A stretch of 35,947 nucleotides of DNA from Candidatus Thalassarchaeaceae archaeon (GCA_030754395.1 JASMAJ010000001.1:1-35947); one strand, 5' to 3'. Numbered from the stretch's first letter, positions 25,767-35,234 are shown. Notes: generated by a model not told the origin, from the letters alone. Made by a program: numbers and translations.

Positions 25767-26852
25767 TTAATTTTCGTATGAGTAGCCATAATATTCAGCA
25801 TTGATTAGTGTTGGTCTAGACTGCGGTTTAATCAAGATAGTTCGAACTGCCCATAGGTCTCTGAAAATACGATATTTTGTTGTCTCATCGAGGTAATCAA
25901 CGCCACTTGTTCCACCAGTGCCTGTACGACGACCCATAATTCGCTCGACCATACGTGCGTGAGAATGTCGCCATTTTACAATAGATTCCTCAAGTTCTAC
26001 AACTGCATCGATTAGTTTGCGTGGCCATGCTAAGAGAGGTAATTCTCGATATGATTCAATGAATAGAAGTCCAGCACGAGCCCGGTTTGGTATTCCATCC
26101 GGTTTTAGAAATTCTACAGCCGCCTCATGCGTAGCTGCAAAACGTGCGGCAACCTTCTCGGGGTCTCCTCCTCCACCGTATCCTATCATTCTCGATGCAG
26201 CATCTTCACAAATTGCTTGATGGGCATTTAGGTGAGCGTTCACATATCCTTCAACAGCCATTTCATCTCCTTTACTTCCATATGATGAGCCCATTATTGG
26301 TGTGCGCACTAACCATCTCATTAGTGCATCAAAGAGAGAAGGTTTAGTCTGTGCATCTTCGAGTTTAGCAAGTATGGATGCATCCCAATCTGACTTTGGC
26401 GCTAACTTTCGGAAAGTTTCGATGGGATCCATACCCCAAAGTCTGTCTTCATTTTTCAATCCAAGCAGAATTTCAAATTCACGTGCCTGAAATGATTCGA
26501 ATCCGGATGCGGTGCCTAATCCGTCGCGAAATGCGAGGAATCCTTGAGGTGTTAGTGTCTCAAGAACATTCCATTGACTCTCCATTAGACGAAAAATTTC
26601 CGATGTCCGTCCTAAATGATTTACCGCATGAGGTATATCTTCTTCAGGAACCATTTCTTTACACAGAATATCTCTCAGACTACTGAGTTCCTTGATGACT
26701 TGCTTAAACCAAAGCTCAAAGGTCTGATGGACGATAATGAAATGCATTTCATCATTTGAAACATCTCTTTCTTCTCCTTGTAGATTCAAAAGTGTCTGCA
26801 ATTGGAGATAATTTCCATATGTCCAATTTTGGTCTTGCGCGTTTTCACTCAT
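25767..26852 (-). CDS. kynA: Tryptophan 2,3-dioxygenase
   Basis: YGNYLQLQTLLNLQ, HQTFELWFKQ, SGFESFQAREFE and RTGTGGTSGVDYL match conserved TDO blocks. I chose the ATG at 26852 (MSENAQD...). The upstream ATG at 26939 would add 29 poorly protein-like residues. Confidence 0.85.
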   Translation of the reverse strand: MSENAQDQNWTYGNYLQLQTLLNLQGEERDVSNDEMHFIIVHQTFELWFKQVIKELSSLRDILCKEMVPEEDIPHAVNHLGRTSEIFRLMESQWNVLETLTPQGFLAFRDGLGTASGFESFQAREFEILLGLKNEDRLWGMDPIETFRKLAPKSDWDASILAKLEDAQTKPSLFDALMRWLVRTPIMGSSYGSKGDEMAVEGYVNAHLNAHQAICEDAASRMIGYGGGGDPEKVAARFAATHEAAVEFLKPDGIPNRARAGLLFIESYRELPLLAWPRKLIDAVVELEESIVKWRHSHARMVERIMGRRTGTGGTSGVDYLDETTKYRIFRDLWAVRTILIKPQSRPTLINAEYYGYSYEN

Positions 26853-27061
26853 GCTCTGCGGATGCCGCTTGACGCTTGAATCATTACCTAGGCGGCCGTT
26901 CCGAATTCCCTCACAATTATTCGCTTTACTGCGTTCCATTTTCTGGCATTAAGACACAGAAATATGCATTTATTAGATTTTTTCGCTTGAAAAATATCTC
27001 ATAGCGGAGAAAATCAGTTTGTGATAAAACACTCTAAATCCTCTAATCATAGCAGATAATT

Positions 27062-27685
27062 ATGTCTGGGAGGTGCGGTGGACCAATGAAAACCGGACAG
27101 ACTCCGACTGCTGACGAAGTAATTCGTCCAATATCTAGAATACAGGTCGACTCTGACCTCGAGTTCTCTTTGTTGGGAATCAATGACGCTGAGGAACTGT
27201 TCTCAGTTGTTGAATCTAATAGAGCTTATCTCAGAGAGTGGTTACCATGGTTGGATCAAACCAACAGTGTTGAAGATGAGATTTCCTTCATTTCAATGAG
27301 TCTTGATGAGTATGAGAGGCGTGAGGGTGTAATCTATGCCATTCGTCTTGGTGGTCAAATAATCGGTACGATTGGTCTTAACTGGATAGACTGGGGTAAC
27401 AGAGGCTGCGGAGTTGGATATTGGTTGTCTGAAAGTCATACAGGACAAGGCATCGTCACTCGTTGCTGCACACGTCTTATGGAACACTGCTTCGATAATC
27501 TTGGGTTACACCGATTTGTGCTTGAGGCAGCTGTGGAGAATCATGAAAGTCGTGCTGTCGCAGATAGACTGGGGCTGCGTCTTGAGGGGATTACCAAAGA
27601 TAGAGAACGGTTGTATGATCACTATGTTGATGCAGCCCTATACGCGATTACTGCTCCCGAGTGGCACACTCAAAATCAAGATTGA
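27062..27685 (+). CDS. GNAT N-acetyltransferase, RimJ/RimL-like
   Basis: LREWLPWL motif, GTIGL...GYWL acetyl-CoA region and a RimJ/RimL-like length (207 aa). It overlaps the convergent NFACT gene by 10 nt. Confidence 0.8.
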   Translation: MSGRCGGPMKTGQTPTADEVIRPISRIQVDSDLEFSLLGINDAEELFSVVESNRAYLREWLPWLDQTNSVEDEISFISMSLDEYERREGVIYAIRLGGQIIGTIGLNWIDWGNRGCGVGYWLSESHTGQGIVTRCCTRLMEHCFDNLGLHRFVLEAAVENHESRAVADRLGLRLEGITKDRERLYDHYVDAALYAITAPEWHTQNQD

Positions 27686-29820
27686 ATTAATCCGTGATTC
27701 TCAATTGAGCAGTTACCAGGTGGTAAAGCGGCGAGGACATCATCTTGAGCCAGCCCGGTAGATTTGGCGATTCGATTAGCAATTGTTTCTTTCTTCTCCC
27801 GCCCTGGAGTAATCAGGGCCCATCTTTCACAGAGTTTTGACACACCCTCAGCAGTGCCTGATACCGGAATCGGAATTCCATTGATAATTGAGAATCCGAT
27901 GGCAATTTCCATTGAGACATCTCGGTACCACGTTCGTTTCCCTCTAACTACAAATGAACCTCGACCAAGAGATTCACCGCTCTCGGTTTGCTTTGAAACC
28001 TGACTAGGTCTAGCGTGGAAAGCGGTTGCTGCAGCCCCTCCGCTGCCCCATGCACGTGACCAACAGATAGCCAGTTGTGCTGCTTCTTCGATAATATTTG
28101 CAGGCAGATTCCGGGCATCATCAATGTCTCCAGCCAATTCTTGGGTTATTCGAAGACTTGTTACTCCCTCTGGTACAAATCCTATTGGATTTTCATCAGT
28201 AGTTAGTCCATCACGTAATCTCAAGGAGCATGATGGCGCTCCGTGTAAATCAGCATGGATGTATAAATCGGTAGATTTCAGATATTTGCGCACAATGGTA
28301 TCATTTCCTTTCGCATCTCTTCCACCTACGATTAGCCTACCATCACTAAGAATTCCCCATCGATGCTTCTCAAACCAGAATCTCTTGCTTCTCTTTGCAA
28401 TTCTAACTCTTCCAGCAGCAGCATCCTTTTTTCTACGAGCCTCTTCTTTTGTAGCAGCATTTTCTGTTCTTTCCAAAGCCGTACGTGCCCCTTTCGCTTT
28501 ATCTTTGAGCGTGCGAGCCTGTTCGAAGTACTGCTGTGCGTTTTGGTGAACTGATTTTTCAATGTGTAAAGTAACGCTAGCACCGGGTTCATTGTCTTCA
28601 TCAGGTAATCGTGCCAGAATGGTTCTTTTTGTAGGCTCAACACGATCAATCCAGACAATCTCGCTGGTTTTGGATTCTAGAGCCTGCCAGCTATCTGATT
28701 CGATGAACGAGTTAACCTGACTTAGGAGGTCATCGACATGTGTCCAATTGTCCTGAATGGATTTAGCTAGTTCTTGAGTCAGAATCGCTTGTGATTCAAA
28801 TCGCGTGATAGCAGATTTCTGTTGTTCTGCTCTTCGATTGAGTTTGGCCCGCTGTTCTTCTTCATCTTCACCAGCTGCGACTAATTTTTCTTCTTCACGT
28901 CTGATGTAAGCAATAGCATCATGAGCCCCAAATATTGCATCATATGCTCCTGAAAGACTTTCAATCTCAACCATTAGTTCAGTTTTCATGAACGGAAGTG
29001 CAATTGGAGAAAACTCTTCAATTTCAACACTTGCTGAATCACGAGCCATTGGGTTGTCTGCAGCTTCTTTCCAGGCATCTAGAGATTTTATGTCAGTAAA
29101 CCAGAGATAAGAACAGTCTCCATTTGCTAATTCGACGAGGAGTTTTTTCATTGAATTTCCCAAATCCTTACGCTGTTCTTCATCCAGACTGTTTGCAGGT
29201 TCGTCTAACTCGATTCCCGCTGAAGTCGCAATTGCATTTCCATAGATTCGTCCAAGATTAACTCTAGCCGCCAGAGTCCGAATCAAGCTATGATCTGAAG
29301 AATCAAGAAGTTCATCCAGTTCTGCTTGGTTCAAGTTTCTAGGGTCAACAGTAGCTGGCGGCGGAGTATAATTTTCTCCACTTTTCAGAGACCTGCTAGC
29401 ATATTTAGCATGAGTTAGTGGTTGAATTATGACATCCTTATCATCAAGAAGAAGAACATTACCATCACGGAATAATTCGATGATTAATTTCAATCGCCCT
29501 CTTCCATGCTCAAAGGTTAGGGATATTACCCTATCAAATCCTAATTGATTAACTTCAATCAGACGAGAATTAGAAAGATGTTTACGGAGTTTCATTGCAA
29601 AAGGTGAAGGATTTGTTGGCATTGGTCTATCTCGTTGAGATAGATAGATTCTTTTTCCACGAACAATAACCAAATCTGTAGACGGTTTCCCCTTCTGATT
29701 TAGTCGTAAAACAACCTGCTCGTAATGTGGTTGGTAGGCTTTTCTTGCACGTACCCCAATCATCCCTCGCAATTCGTCTACGATGCGTGCGACATCGAAG
29801 GAGGAGGACTGGGCTCGCAT
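27676..29820 (-). CDS. NFACT family protein (archaeal Rqc2/RqcH/FbpA homologue)
   Basis: NFACT-N-like start (FDVARIVDELRGMIGVRARKAYQP), a long central coiled coil, and the NFACT-R/DUF814 block FWFEKHRWGILSDGRLIVGGRDAKGNDTIVRKYLKSTDLYIHADLHGAPSC. ATG at 29820; the track start at 29841 is TTG. Confidence 0.85.
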   Translation of the reverse strand: MRAQSSSFDVARIVDELRGMIGVRARKAYQPHYEQVVLRLNQKGKPSTDLVIVRGKRIYLSQRDRPMPTNPSPFAMKLRKHLSNSRLIEVNQLGFDRVISLTFEHGRGRLKLIIELFRDGNVLLLDDKDVIIQPLTHAKYASRSLKSGENYTPPPATVDPRNLNQAELDELLDSSDHSLIRTLAARVNLGRIYGNAIATSAGIELDEPANSLDEEQRKDLGNSMKKLLVELANGDCSYLWFTDIKSLDAWKEAADNPMARDSASVEIEEFSPIALPFMKTELMVEIESLSGAYDAIFGAHDAIAYIRREEEKLVAAGEDEEEQRAKLNRRAEQQKSAITRFESQAILTQELAKSIQDNWTHVDDLLSQVNSFIESDSWQALESKTSEIVWIDRVEPTKRTILARLPDEDNEPGASVTLHIEKSVHQNAQQYFEQARTLKDKAKGARTALERTENAATKEEARRKKDAAAGRVRIAKRSKRFWFEKHRWGILSDGRLIVGGRDAKGNDTIVRKYLKSTDLYIHADLHGAPSCSLRLRDGLTTDENPIGFVPEGVTSLRITQELAGDIDDARNLPANIIEEAAQLAICWSRAWGSGGAAATAFHARPSQVSKQTESGESLGRGSFVVRGKRTWYRDVSMEIAIGFSIINGIPIPVSGTAEGVSKLCERWALITPGREKKETIANRIAKSTGLAQDDVLAALPPGNCSIENHGLIQS

Positions 29821-29889
29821 GTCTCTCGTATAGGAGGGCAAGCGTGCCCTTCATCAGACAATCGCTTGATAGGTGACGGCAGATGCCCG

Positions 29890-30927
29890 ATGAACATGAC
29901 AGACATGGGGGGCTTACGAATGGATGATGCACCCCCATTCGTGCATAATCCAGAGACTATGGGTGAAGCCGATATTGGTCTGCGGTGCTTTTGGTATCGT
30001 CCAATGTTCGAAAGACAAACAAATGAATTGAATGTTAATCCAAATTGGGGAATTCATTGTAATGCAGATATGCTCGCTGAGCAGGCAGCCATGATTGCCA
30101 ACAAAATGAATGCTAATGGCATGGATGATGTTGAAATGCTGGCTTTAGATTTAGCATTTATTTTCGGATTTGACCATGAGTATTTCCATCATCGAGTTGA
30201 TTCAGGAGTTACAGCACATTTGTTGAGATGTCATTCTCAAGATGGTCAAATCCCGTCTTTCTTCGGTGATTACGATGAATTTCATGATTCAATATCTACT
30301 CGTCGTGAAAGTCCTGAATGGTGGCTACTGACCGAAGAAACTCTTGCTAATGCACATATTGCCATGGATCCAACTCGTCTTGGAGGACTAAGAGATGCTT
30401 TCATTGAGTATGATTTACTTCCTGAACCAGGAGATAGGAATCGAGGCCCATATGCGCTTTGGCGACATGTAGCTGCCGATCCTTGGATTTTCCAATGCCT
30501 TTCACATCATACGTGGTTGCAAATATTGACTGGTGAGTTAGACCCTCTAGGAGTGATGGCTTCTATTGATGCAATAACACACGAAGGAGGTCTAGATGCT
30601 GCATTTGATGCATTAGTAGATACAATTGTTGAGGCTTGTGAGAAGAATCCAGTAGATGAGGACTCAATTCCAGACCGCGTCTTTGCTAAAGATGGCTCAG
30701 AACACTTGTTTGCTATGGGTGGTTTTGGCGATGGAATGTTACGCAGACTAAAGGTCCCAATCCATTTTCATGGTGGCGAAGGAAAAAGGATGGATAAGAG
30801 GTATGGCTCAGAGAATCCAGATTGGCCATATGCAATTATCGAGAATCTCTATGACAGACTTGGTAGGTTTGATGATGGCCCTGTCGATTCTTGGGGCTCA
30901 GATGACCCATTCTCACCGTCGGCCTAG
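29890..30927 (+). CDS. Hypothetical cytoplasmic protein with an HExxH motif (possible novel zinc metallohydrolase)
   Basis: 345 aa from ATG 29890. The track start at 29725 overlaps the NFACT 5' end antisense. FGFDHEYFHH (HEYFH at nt 30175-30189) is present. No signal peptide, no TM, and no family recognised. Confidence 0.6.
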   Translation: MNMTDMGGLRMDDAPPFVHNPETMGEADIGLRCFWYRPMFERQTNELNVNPNWGIHCNADMLAEQAAMIANKMNANGMDDVEMLALDLAFIFGFDHEYFHHRVDSGVTAHLLRCHSQDGQIPSFFGDYDEFHDSISTRRESPEWWLLTEETLANAHIAMDPTRLGGLRDAFIEYDLLPEPGDRNRGPYALWRHVAADPWIFQCLSHHTWLQILTGELDPLGVMASIDAITHEGGLDAAFDALVDTIVEACEKNPVDEDSIPDRVFAKDGSEHLFAMGGFGDGMLRRLKVPIHFHGGEGKRMDKRYGSENPDWPYAIIENLYDRLGRFDDGPVDSWGSDDPFSPSA

Positions 30928-30933
30928 TAATTC

Positions 30934-31791
30934 TCATCCTACGGATCTTTGAAAGTTTTCTATTAGAGGGATTGCGGCAGCCTCATGAGCAAATTGGTTG
31001 CTTTCAATTTCAATAAGGCTGCAATTAGGTATTTTCTTACTCAAGATGCCTGCATCATCGTGGTCATGCAATGTGTCAGAAGAGGCTCTTAAAACCCCCA
31101 CAGGCGTTGTGACATTAGCAAAATCTAGAGCCATTTTGTAACGTCTGAATACTAGTGAACAGAGGCGTAGTCGTTTGGTGTCCGCAGCCAATAATGTACG
31201 CCTATATCTAATTCTTTGACCTTCTTCTTTCAGCCTTTTATCAAGATACCAGATGATGAATTTGACAAGACCCGAGTAAAATATAGTTGGAGCCGGAATT
31301 AATGGTCTAGCCCAGATGGGTGGTTTGAATGCTAAATTTGGTGAAAGAACAACTAGACTATTCAATTCTAATTCTCCAGATTGAAGACATTCGATCATTA
31401 GAGTTGCTCCAAGGGAAGAACCCATCACGTCACATTCTTCTGCATTAACACCCAATTTCTTCAATACAAGTGGGATATCCGCTGCCATTCTTGGAATTTG
31501 GAATGTCTTTTTCGATATTTCTCCCTCAATCCTACAACTTCTCTTTTCCCTAGTTTCAATGTAGATTAAGGGTCTATGTTTCACCCATTCCGAAAGAATT
31601 GGAAACCAACCTTCGGGAATAGAGTTCCATCCTGGAATCATCACTAAATTTCTGGCCGATTGTGACTTTTCATTATCGGGCTTCCATTGTAATACTCGTA
31701 GATGAACTCCCGACTCAGTTTCTACGTGCAATTCGTTGCATGTTGCTCCCTCAAATTTTGGAGCCCCACTCCAATCTTTGATTGCAGACAT
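30934..31791 (-). CDS. Alpha/beta-fold hydrolase
   Basis: Nucleophile elbow GSSLG (VMGSSLGATL), an oxyanion-region LVMIPGW, and a C-terminal His (FAHEAA). ATG at 31791; the track start at 31815 is TTG. Confidence 0.75.
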   Translation of the reverse strand: MSAIKDWSGAPKFEGATCNELHVETESGVHLRVLQWKPDNEKSQSARNLVMIPGWNSIPEGWFPILSEWVKHRPLIYIETREKRSCRIEGEISKKTFQIPRMAADIPLVLKKLGVNAEECDVMGSSLGATLMIECLQSGELELNSLVVLSPNLAFKPPIWARPLIPAPTIFYSGLVKFIIWYLDKRLKEEGQRIRYRRTLLAADTKRLRLCSLVFRRYKMALDFANVTTPVGVLRASSDTLHDHDDAGILSKKIPNCSLIEIESNQFAHEAAAIPLIENFQRSVG

Positions 31792-31811
31792 GAGTATGCC
31801 AAAGAGTCGCC

Positions 31812-32480
31812 TCAATTAGAGCCGCGCTTCAAAGCGTCTAGTTTCTTCTGCGCTTCAATCATCGCAATCTCATGCTCGATTTCGTCAAGTTCATCTTCTT
31901 GTCTTGATTCACGTGCATTTGGTGCGAAGAGTTCTGGATTCTCTGTGTTTGTAGCCTCGAAGTAGTCTTTTGATTCTGCTCCCATTATCATTGCAACAAA
32001 GTTTGAGGGAATTTGACGAATGATTACATTCCAATTGCGAACTTTCGCATTGTATGCTTCTCTACGATCTGCTATCCTCTCATTCTGTTCGTCAATTTCT
32101 TCCTGAACATTAGCATAAAGTGGGCTTGCTGTCAAATCAGGGTGGTCTTCTGCTACCAAGGAAATCCTTGGAAGAATACTTGCCATCATTCCTTCAGCAG
32201 CATTAACCCCTGCGACATTTCCATTTTGTGATGCTGTTGCTGCTGCCATTCGTGCCTTAGCAAATTGCTCAAACAGGTCTTTTTCAACACCTTTGGCAAA
32301 GCCTTCAGCCGCGCGAGCCATGTTTCCTAAGGAATCATATCTTTCTTGTAGAACAACGTCAATATTTGACCATGCATTCTCAACTTCTTGCTCCATTACA
32401 ATTAGACGATTGTAGGTTGCGAAAAACCACAAACCAATCAGAACAACGGCAACTATGACACCTATCAGTATCGGTTCCAT
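31812..32480 (-). CDS. lemA: LemA family membrane protein
   Basis: An N-terminal TM (ILIGVIVAVVLIGLWFF) is followed by the LemA signature YNRLIVMEQEVENAWSNIDVVLQERYD. The C-terminal extension is coiled-coil. ATG at 32480. Confidence 0.85.
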   Translation of the reverse strand: MEPILIGVIVAVVLIGLWFFATYNRLIVMEQEVENAWSNIDVVLQERYDSLGNMARAAEGFAKGVEKDLFEQFAKARMAAATASQNGNVAGVNAAEGMMASILPRISLVAEDHPDLTASPLYANVQEEIDEQNERIADRREAYNAKVRNWNVIIRQIPSNFVAMIMGAESKDYFEATNTENPELFAPNARESRQEDELDEIEHEIAMIEAQKKLDALKRGSN

Positions 32481-32532
32481 GAAATTGCGTATAACCGGTG
32501 GGTATTGAACCTTGACCCAGCATATATTTCTT

Positions 32533-34035
32533 TCAAATTGCACTCCAAAGGCCATTATCAGAAGAAACATCCCCTGATTTTTCTAGTGCTGTCAAATGTG
32601 AAATAGTCTGGTCTAAGGCTAGAGCAGGATGTGCATCGGGTGTATCTTCATAGGCCTCTTTAGCAATTGAATTCACATCGCTGAATCCACTTTTCACAGC
32701 ATCAAGAATCCTTGAGTGACGTACCGTTCTGTGTTTGATATATCTTGTCAGAAGTTTGTCAGGATTGGCTACCAAAGGTCCATGTGCGGGGAATAGCAAG
32801 GTGGGGGATAGTCTGCGAATTCTTTCAAGTCCAGTAAGATATTCATTCATGTCTCCATCTGAAGAAGGAACTAGTATGGTCCCAAACATCACCGCGTTGT
32901 CTCCACTGATAATTCCCGCATCACCTACCAAGCAGATATGTCCGGGACAGTGCCCTGGCGTTTCAATAACATTCCAGATAATTCCATCTAAATTTATTGT
33001 GTGACCTTCTACTAAAACCTTGTCTGAATCACAATTCGGAATGATATCTAGCGTTTCTTGACTAGCCCAAATTGGAGCCTGATAAAATTGAGAGATTGCT
33101 GAAAGGTCTCCTATGTGATCCGGATGTTTATGTGTGAACACAGTAGCAATAATTTCGCTTCCAGAATCATGAATTTCTGATACTTTTTTTCCTAGTATTT
33201 TGAGAGATTCAGATGATTTAGCGGCAGGATCTACTAGAATCCGAGGGCCTCCGGAGATGCCGAGAACGTAGCAATTAGTGTGTGTTGAGGGAGGTAGGGT
33301 AGTTGTTGGAAGTGGGACACACTCAACACCCGGTGCGAATTCGATTATGTGATATCCACTAGGTGGATTGATTGCCAGTGACTCGAATCCTAAATCTACA
33401 ATGTCTCTAATCAGAGTGACTTGAGGTGGAGCTAATTTGACTTTATTTGCCAACCAAGAATTTAGTAATTCAATTGGCTTCCACCATCTAAACTCATCAA
33501 ATTCGGAAAGACCAGTTGGGAATGTTGGCTCCACTTTCGAGGAGCCTAAATTGACATGATAGAAAATATTTGAAAATCTAATTGGAGCAAGAGGAGGTGT
33601 GGTGCGCTGTGACACAAAACTTGCTTCAAACTCTCTAACTGATAGTTCGCCAGAAGCAACAAGTTTAGACCATGCTGACTTATCTGAATTAACTAAATCT
33701 TGAAGATACTCTCCAACATGAAAAAATCCGCCATTCCCATCAGGAGCAATGCCTACTTCCTCAACCATCTCTCTTAGTAGTGCAATCATTGAAACTCGGT
33801 CTTTTCGTTCTGCTAACCAGCCTGGATTTTCCTCTGCTGCGGCTCTGTCCTTTAGACTAATTCCACCACCAGGGAATGCCCAGAAATCAGGAAATGCGGG
33901 TACCTCTGAAACTCGATGGCACAGTAGTATTTCGAGGCCCTCACCCTCTCCTCTACTGAGAACTGCAGCAGCCGATGGCCTCGGCTCAGCAATACTTCCT
34001 GTAGGGAGAATAACCCCCTCGGGCAACTCAGTCAC
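32533..34035 (-). CDS. Fusion protein: N-terminal Nudix-like domain plus C-terminal metallo-beta-lactamase-fold hydrolase
   Basis: The Nudix box remnant is FPGGG...LLREMVEEVGI, with an expanded loop. MBL motifs are THKHPDHIGD (HxHxDH) and ETPGHCPGH. GTG start. Confidence 0.8.
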   Translation of the reverse strand: MTELPEGVILPTGSIAEPRPSAAAVLSRGEGEGLEILLCHRVSEVPAFPDFWAFPGGGISLKDRAAAEENPGWLAERKDRVSMIALLREMVEEVGIAPDGNGGFFHVGEYLQDLVNSDKSAWSKLVASGELSVREFEASFVSQRTTPPLAPIRFSNIFYHVNLGSSKVEPTFPTGLSEFDEFRWWKPIELLNSWLANKVKLAPPQVTLIRDIVDLGFESLAINPPSGYHIIEFAPGVECVPLPTTTLPPSTHTNCYVLGISGGPRILVDPAAKSSESLKILGKKVSEIHDSGSEIIATVFTHKHPDHIGDLSAISQFYQAPIWASQETLDIIPNCDSDKVLVEGHTINLDGIIWNVIETPGHCPGHICLVGDAGIISGDNAVMFGTILVPSSDGDMNEYLTGLERIRRLSPTLLFPAHGPLVANPDKLLTRYIKHRTVRHSRILDAVKSGFSDVNSIAKEAYEDTPDAHPALALDQTISHLTALEKSGDVSSDNGLWSAI

Positions 34036-34110
34036 AAACTTACGAGGGGGTTGTTGGCTTCAATACAGCCCTCACGTCAAACTCAAGACCCTCCTATCCA
34101 AGCGCTATTC

Positions 34111-34962
34111 ATGTTTGAGACCGTTACTCTTGGTCACGCCAATGTTGTGACAGGGCAGATGGAGCATAAAATCGAGATGCCAAGATTTGGTTTAGGGGTA
34201 TGGCAGATGTCAGAAGGTGGAGAGTGTAGGAACGCTGTACTGCATGCTATTCAATCAGGCTATCGCTTGATAGATACGGCCCGCGCATATTCAAATGAAA
34301 CTGAGACCGGTGAGGCGATTAGAGAAAGTGGAATTCCACGAGATGAAATCTTCGTGGTTACTAAATTACGTCGAACACATGCAGTAAGTTATGAGTCTGC
34401 GTTGGAACATTGTCGTAGCAGCCTCGAAATGCTTGGTCTAGACAATCTTGATTTGTATCTTGTACACGCCCCTCCAGAAGACATCGAAGCAAGAGCCAGT
34501 GTTTGGAAAGGTATGGAAGAGTGTCTAGCACGAGGCTGGACTCGAGCAATAGGTGTGAGTAACTATGGTGCACATCACCTCGATGATATGCGAGCCTACG
34601 CTACCATCCTACCATCTGTAAATCAGGTCGAATTACATCCATGGAATCAACGCCCTGCCCTTCGCGCGGCTACTGAAGGAATTGGAGCAAAAGTCATGGC
34701 TTATTCACCGCTGGCGCGTGGTCATAAATTGGATTGTGGTAGTCTCTCCCAAATATCAGATTCCGTTGACTGCACTCCTGCTCAAGCCGCAATTAAATGG
34801 GTATACGATACTGGATCGATTACTATTCCTAAATCGAGTAATCCGGTTCGAATCGATGAGAATTTGGCTAGCCTTTCAATTGATCTTAGTGGAACTGAGA
34901 AGTCCTTTGCAAGAATGGACGAGGTCTATGTTTCTGGATGGAATCCAACTGCAGAACCTTGA
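34111..34962 (+). CDS. Aldo/keto reductase (DkgA-like)
   Basis: MPRFGLGVWQ, IDTARAYSNE (catalytic Asp/Tyr), VVTKL (Lys) and LDLYLVHAP (His). The start is ATG 34111 or 34159; the track start at 34051 is TTG. Confidence 0.9.
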   Translation: MFETVTLGHANVVTGQMEHKIEMPRFGLGVWQMSEGGECRNAVLHAIQSGYRLIDTARAYSNETETGEAIRESGIPRDEIFVVTKLRRTHAVSYESALEHCRSSLEMLGLDNLDLYLVHAPPEDIEARASVWKGMEECLARGWTRAIGVSNYGAHHLDDMRAYATILPSVNQVELHPWNQRPALRAATEGIGAKVMAYSPLARGHKLDCGSLSQISDSVDCTPAQAAIKWVYDTGSITIPKSSNPVRIDENLASLSIDLSGTEKSFARMDEVYVSGWNPTAEP

Positions 34963-34971
34963 GGTTAGAAT

Positions 34972-35154
34972 ATGAGAGACCCTGAGACTATTGAAGAGGA
35001 ATTAGCTCTATTTGCCGAGGCTATTGAGGCGGGAATAGATCCGTTTCCTGAACCTAAGAAACCGACACCTTGGGCGAAATATGCAACGGCTTGGTTCATG
35101 ATTATCCTGATGATTTCCTTCGCATCAAAAATTCTCAGCCGCGCTCTACCATGA
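34972..35154 (+). CDS. Small tail-anchored hypothetical protein (60 aa)
   Basis: ATG preceded by GAGGT 8 nt upstream. It has an acidic N-terminal half and a C-terminal TM (ATAWFMIILMISFASKIL). Confidence 0.45.
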   Translation: MRDPETIEEELALFAEAIEAGIDPFPEPKKPTPWAKYATAWFMIILMISFASKILSRALP

Positions 35155-35158
35155 TTAT

Positions 35159-35234
35159 TGGTAGTCCCTCCCGGATTTGAACCAGGGTCATGGCATCCAG
35201 AGTGCCATATGATGGACCGCTACACTAAGGGACT
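35159..35234 (-). tRNA. tRNA-Gln (CUG), CCA encoded
   Basis: The reverse complement folds as a cloverleaf. The acceptor stem is AGTCCCT/AGGGACT with A1:U72, as in archaeal tRNA-Gln. The anticodon stem is TGGCA/TGCCA with loop CTCTGGA (CTG). The T arm is CCTGG-TTCAAAT-CCGGG, with discriminator A and CCA. Confidence 0.9.

Noticed and set aside
28124-28549. 141-aa ORF antisense to the NFACT gene. Similar long antisense or off-frame ORFs occur at 14228-14605, 23528-23905, 33749-34150, 7871-8161, 22413-22736 and 13118-13414.
   Set aside because: All lie inside genes with strong family signatures and have Ser/Leu/Pro/Phe-rich low-complexity translations with no motifs. They are typical shadow ORFs.
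29725-29889. N-terminal extensions given by the ORF track that overlap neighbouring genes: 29725-29889, 20607-20678, 32481-32570, 34051-34110, 31792-31815 and 15382-15438.
   Set aside because: Five of the six begin at TTG; 32570 and 29725 were not checked for start codon (29725 is drawn as ATG in the sequence). The extensions encode non-conserved residues and overlap well-supported neighbours or their promoters. A downstream ATG gives a sensible signal peptide or family-typical N-terminus.
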